NCBI GenBank assembly: GCA_012295275.1
Contig: CM022671.1
Span: forward strand, 6,262,001-6,326,000
Direction of reading: 5' to 3'
Source of the DNA: Chrysomallon squamiferum
Lineage: Eukaryota; Animalia; Mollusca
DNA: 64,000 nucleotides
The notes under the pieces were generated by a model, which made no database searches, was not told the DNA's origin, and saw nothing but the letters and a program-made list of their open reading frames with translations. The position numbers and the translations under genes were made by a program. Below, piece by piece: positions 59,550 through 64,000 of the stretch. Numbering within the stretch: position 1 is the first letter of the stretch; each line of letters starts with the position of its first letter.

Positions 59550-60205
59550 GCTGAATTCAGTAATACTGCTGTACAGTAAATTCAGTCATAATGTTTTGTA
59601 GTAAATTCAGTAATAATGTTATATACTAAATTCAGTAATTATGTCATATAGTAAATTCAGTAATAATGCTGTATAGTAAATTCAGTAATTATGTTATATA
59701 GTAAATTCAGTAATAATGCTGCATAGTAAATTCAGTAAATTCAAATAATAATGCTGCATATGTTATATAGTAAATTCCAGTAAATAGTAAATTCAGTAAT
59801 TATGTTATATAGTAAAAAATTCAGTAATAATGCTGCATAGTAAATTCAGTAATTATTATGTTATATAGTAAAATTCAGTAATAATGCTAATTCAGTAATA
59901 TGCTGCATAGTATAGTAAATTCAGTAATTATGTTATATAGTAAATTCAGTAATAATGTTATATAGTAAATTCAGTAATAATGCTGTATAGTAAATTCAGT
60001 AATAATGTTATATAGTAAATTCAGTAATAATGCTGCATAGTAAATTCAGTAATAATGTTACATAGTAAATTCAGTAATTATGTTATATAGCAAATTCAGT
60101 AATAATGCTGCACAGTAAATTCAGTAATAATGCTGCATAGTAAATTCAGTAATAATGCTGCATAGTCAATTCAGTAATAATGCTATATAATAAATTCATT
60201 AATAC
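59550..60205. repeat. Minisatellite, 25-bp unit (tcagtaataatgctgcatagtaaat / tcagtaattatgttatatagtaaat), about 25 copies
   Basis: Tandem copies with two alternating variants, in the first intron of GPCR B. Confidence 0.92.
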
Positions 60206-60294
60206 TGTTATACAATACATTCCACACATAATTGCACAATAATAACTGAACGGCATACCGCTAATTCCAGGGGTAGGGCAGATACATCTTCAAC

Positions 60295-60335
<41 letters not shown>

Positions 60336-60953
60336 CACAAACAAACACGACGATATCATCATATAAATATCCAGATTTAAAGATTATTATAAAAGTCATC
60401 TTGCTAAATAAAACCCGGTAAAGTCACATAAACTGCTAAAATGATTGTTTTAGCTAGTTGTTGAATCTCTTTCAGAGAAACGGTGTAAATATCTACGTGT
60501 GAACATAATTTAGGTTACGTAATGCTGCCCTAACCCCCACCCCCCACAAATTAACCGTTATCATGAAAAACTTGAAACCATACCCCGCCTAGAAAACCTC
60601 ACAGTTTAACTAGATTGGTGCAACTGTAAAATAATGATCGTTGTTGGTCTGTACCGAGAGACACATATTCTGTTATTACTAAATATTCGTGAATACGTGT
60701 ACACAACAAATGGGTGTTGGCCTTAGCTTCGCTTTGCTTCAAGCGCGGAAATACGAGACTGGAACATATCAATAATGGTTTATATTTCTGTAACAGATAA
60801 AAATTATTAAACAATTACAACAAAATAACGCGTCACTGCTGCATAAAAAAAAAAAAACACCGCTGTTTTATAAACAACTAAACAATAACTATTGCTAATA
60901 AACAAACATTATGGTGCCATGAAAGTACGGCAGGTGCTATTAATAAAACTTAC

Positions 60954-61190
60954 CTTGATTTTCAAATCTTCACTCGTTGTTGCTGCCTTCTTGCCTTCAC
61001 TGAACGTGTACCCCCATTGATGTCGTACCTCGCCCAACCCAGTTTCTGTAAGTTTCCTCTAAAAATACACAGCAGTGCTATTTTACCACGGGTAGACACG
61101 TTATTCTCGTTTCTATACGGCGCACAGGCTTGTCCTTCGCTCCAGTAATGAAAGCTTTGATGGTGTGAATTAACGGCAGTCGTCAAACCA
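60954..61190 (-). other. Probable non-coding first exon (5' UTR) of GPCR paralog B
   Basis: Consensus donor AAG|GTAAGT at 60954/60953 in a CpG-rich island upstream of the coding exon at 58621. The 5' boundary is approximate. Confidence 0.6.
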
Positions 61191-61228
61191 GTTTTTCAGG
61201 GTGTATTAATAGCGCAAGGCGATTTCGC
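61179..61228 (-). promoter_or_regulatory. Candidate core promoter of GPCR B (TATA-like CTATTAATA on the minus strand)
   Basis: gtcgtcaaaccagtt...tattaatag...ggcgatttcgc, homologous to 49281-49336. Confidence 0.45.
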
Positions 61229-61556
61229 CGCTCACAGTTATGTGTGCCATTCTGCCATAGGTAAAACTGTAGGTTGTCTGTTATATGCGTTTAACCTTCG
61301 TGTCAACAGGCTTAGGATGTATGAATCGTTTCGTGCAGGCGGCTAATTTGAATGGATTACACACGATGTATGCAGGCGTTCTTATCTATGTGTGTATATA
61401 TAATTATGTAAACATAAATACACATATGCACACACATAAATATTATATATTTATTTATTTATTTATTTATTTATTTTTTTTCATTCATTCATTTATTGTC
61501 GTTGCAACTGACATTCCCAAGAGGTTATGTTTAGTTGACTGATTTTTAAAAACTTA

Positions 61557-61588
<32 letters not shown>

Positions 61589-61596
61589 TATACACG

Positions 61597-61648
<52 letters not shown>

Positions 61649-61808
61649 CAGATACACACACATAAATATATACATACATTCATTTTAGAGTACTTGAAAT
61701 TAATACTTAATGCGTCAGTTTCGCAGTATAAATGTGTGTGTGTATGTATATGTATATGTGTGTGTATGTATGTATATGTATATGTGTGAGTATGTATGTA
61801 TATGTATA

Positions 61809-61851
<43 letters not shown>

Positions 61852-62168
61852 ATAATAAGAACAAGAAACTCATTCGGGGCGTCCAGATTCATCCAAACAC
61901 AAATTAATTTAATTTTTTTTTTTTTTTACCTGCTCATTCGGTCGTTCAAATTCAAAAACACAACTTCATAGGAGTTCAAATAAAATAAATAAAATAAATA
62001 AATAAATAAATAAATAATTATAATAATATTAAAAATAGTAATTGTCATGCACCACTAGAACTCCGATTTTTATAAATCTGACAACTTATAGTTCCAGGTT
62101 TGAGAATGATTGTATCAGACACTGATGGGGGAACAAATAATCAAAAATAAATAAATAATTAAAACCAG

Positions 62169-62226
<58 letters not shown>

Positions 62227-64000
62227 TTAAAAAAAAACCCCAGAAAAACCCACCATACAATTAAAATTAAATATAATAAATAAAAAACATCACACATTTA
62301 TGAATATAAAATTATAAACTTTATTATATATATTTTTTTTAAAATACAACATTCTGTATGTACAAACATATATTTTTCTACAAATTTACTATATACACAG
62401 TTATTCGTAGCTGATAAATCAGAAAATGTGTATTACATACTAATGATTCTTCTTGAAAAATTCACAGAATAGCGTTATGTTTTTATGGTTTTTAAAAGAG
62501 GGGAGATAACTACGAATTATTATTTATTAAATGCATTAAATACACGTGTAAACGTAGAATGATAGTGCCACGAAACCTCCATATAATTGTACAAATAATG
62601 ACTGGTGGTTTTGAAAGTAATATTTTATTAACATCAAATGACCTTAACCTTTGATATTTTAAGACCGGTAGCCTTCGAAATTTTTCTATTGCTATGATTT
62701 GTTATTTTGAATTTAGAACAAATATTTCTAGAAACGATTAGGAACTAAAAATAACTTTTTATGATGCGAAAGAAAAGGAATAATCTTTTTTATTATTATT
62801 ATTTATAAAATGCATAATTTGCAGTAGAAAACAAGACAATATAATTGAAGAATAAAAATTAAGATTTACGCCATTGTTTACCGCCCACGGACAGCTAATG
62901 ATACTTTTTTTTTTTTTGTTTTTGTGGTTTTCAACAAGAGACACAGGTCATGCACGAGCTATTCACGAGCTATTCCTGCTTATAAACAGAAAACAATCTT
63001 TTACAAGTTATTAAAAGCACATATTTCTGGGACTGGTTGGATCAAGAAAAAGTCTTAAATATAAAACATTTCTTCCAACAGCACTATCAAAATCCCCAAC
63101 TCCCGTGAAAACCTCCGTATGTATAATATATGTGACAAGTTTCCATGAGAGGCACATGTAGTCATCGATAATAATAAGCTGTGACCTTTTTTCTTTCTTT
63201 ATATATATGTTAAAATAAATTTTGAAAAAAATAAAATAAACATCTTATAATTTTACCATCATTTACTGATTAAAGTACTGAACGTAAGTATAATGAATTT
63301 AAGATAGAATATTGTTGTTGTTGTTGTTGTAAGTTTGAGAAAATAATTTTCCAATTTTTACTGCTATTAAATATGAATGCAGTATATAAAAATATTGGAT
63401 TTAAGACTGGACAAATCAAAAGAATTAACTACAAATTTGTGAAACAAAACAATCTGCATTATCATAACAGCTGTCAAATAAAATGTTATTTGTTACAGTG
63501 ACAAAAAGAAACCTATCCATCTGAAACTTTCATTTATTTAATTATTTATTTTAAACCAATCTACTAAAAATGATTTAAAAAAAATAAACAACAAAGCAAG
63601 AGAAAAAAAAAACTAATTCACAAAACAAAACTACAATGTATCATTCATGGAAACAGATCACATATGAAAAATAGTCCATAGAAAATATAAAGACATTTTA
63701 TTTCATATATAAATTTATAAAAACAAACAAAGGCTATACAAATATAAATTCTGATCTCAGTTGTTTTCTACTCTAGTAATTTCGATAAATACAGAAAAAC
63801 TAAAACATTTATTATTTTTTGTTTAAATATAATATATACATATTGCTATTCATCTACAAATATTTCAATTTCAATAAAGCTATTCAAATATCTTGCTAGT
63901 TTTTATTTTTGCTTTTAAAAATTTCTCAACAGATGTATGTCATCTCAAAATTAATTTCAGCCAAAAAAAAAAAAAAAAAAAAAAGACTAAATGTCATCAC

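Noticed and set aside
60962-61186. 74-aa ORF in the first exon of GPCR B
   Set aside because: Non-ATG start, stops before the donor, and has no counterpart in paralog A.

Overview
Eukaryotic (animal; probably lophotrochozoan or mollusc-like, by inference) genomic DNA: very AT-rich, microsatellite-laden, with multi-exon GT-AG genes. I reconstructed five protein-coding genes by hand from splice sites and exon phases. (1) Rabaptin-5/RABEP1 with a C-terminal FYVE domain (minus, 13080 to 220, runs off the left edge). (2) RPAIN (plus, 14571-17534), head-to-head with RABEP1. (3) An INPP5K/J-type inositol polyphosphate 5-phosphatase with a SKICH domain (plus, 19296-27575). (4, 5) A tandem pair of unusual class C (mGluR-like) GPCR paralogs (minus, 47225-39742 and 58621 to about 53763). 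The receptors have a Venus-flytrap domain lacking most glutamate-contact residues, a CPxPCxQC knot plus Thr-rich stalk in place of the nine-cysteine domain, and a conserved Tyr/PPxY-rich tail. One paralog has an apparent +1 frameshift that would give a secreted flytrap-only protein. A second +1 frameshift in RABEP1 suggests assembly error is a serious alternative. Several intronic minisatellites appear to be tandem copies of the adjacent splice site. A 5.5-kb compound satellite is bounded exactly by candidate GT and AG sites downstream of an orphan CRE-rich promoter-like island. Most entries in the ORF track are microsatellite or antisense artefacts.
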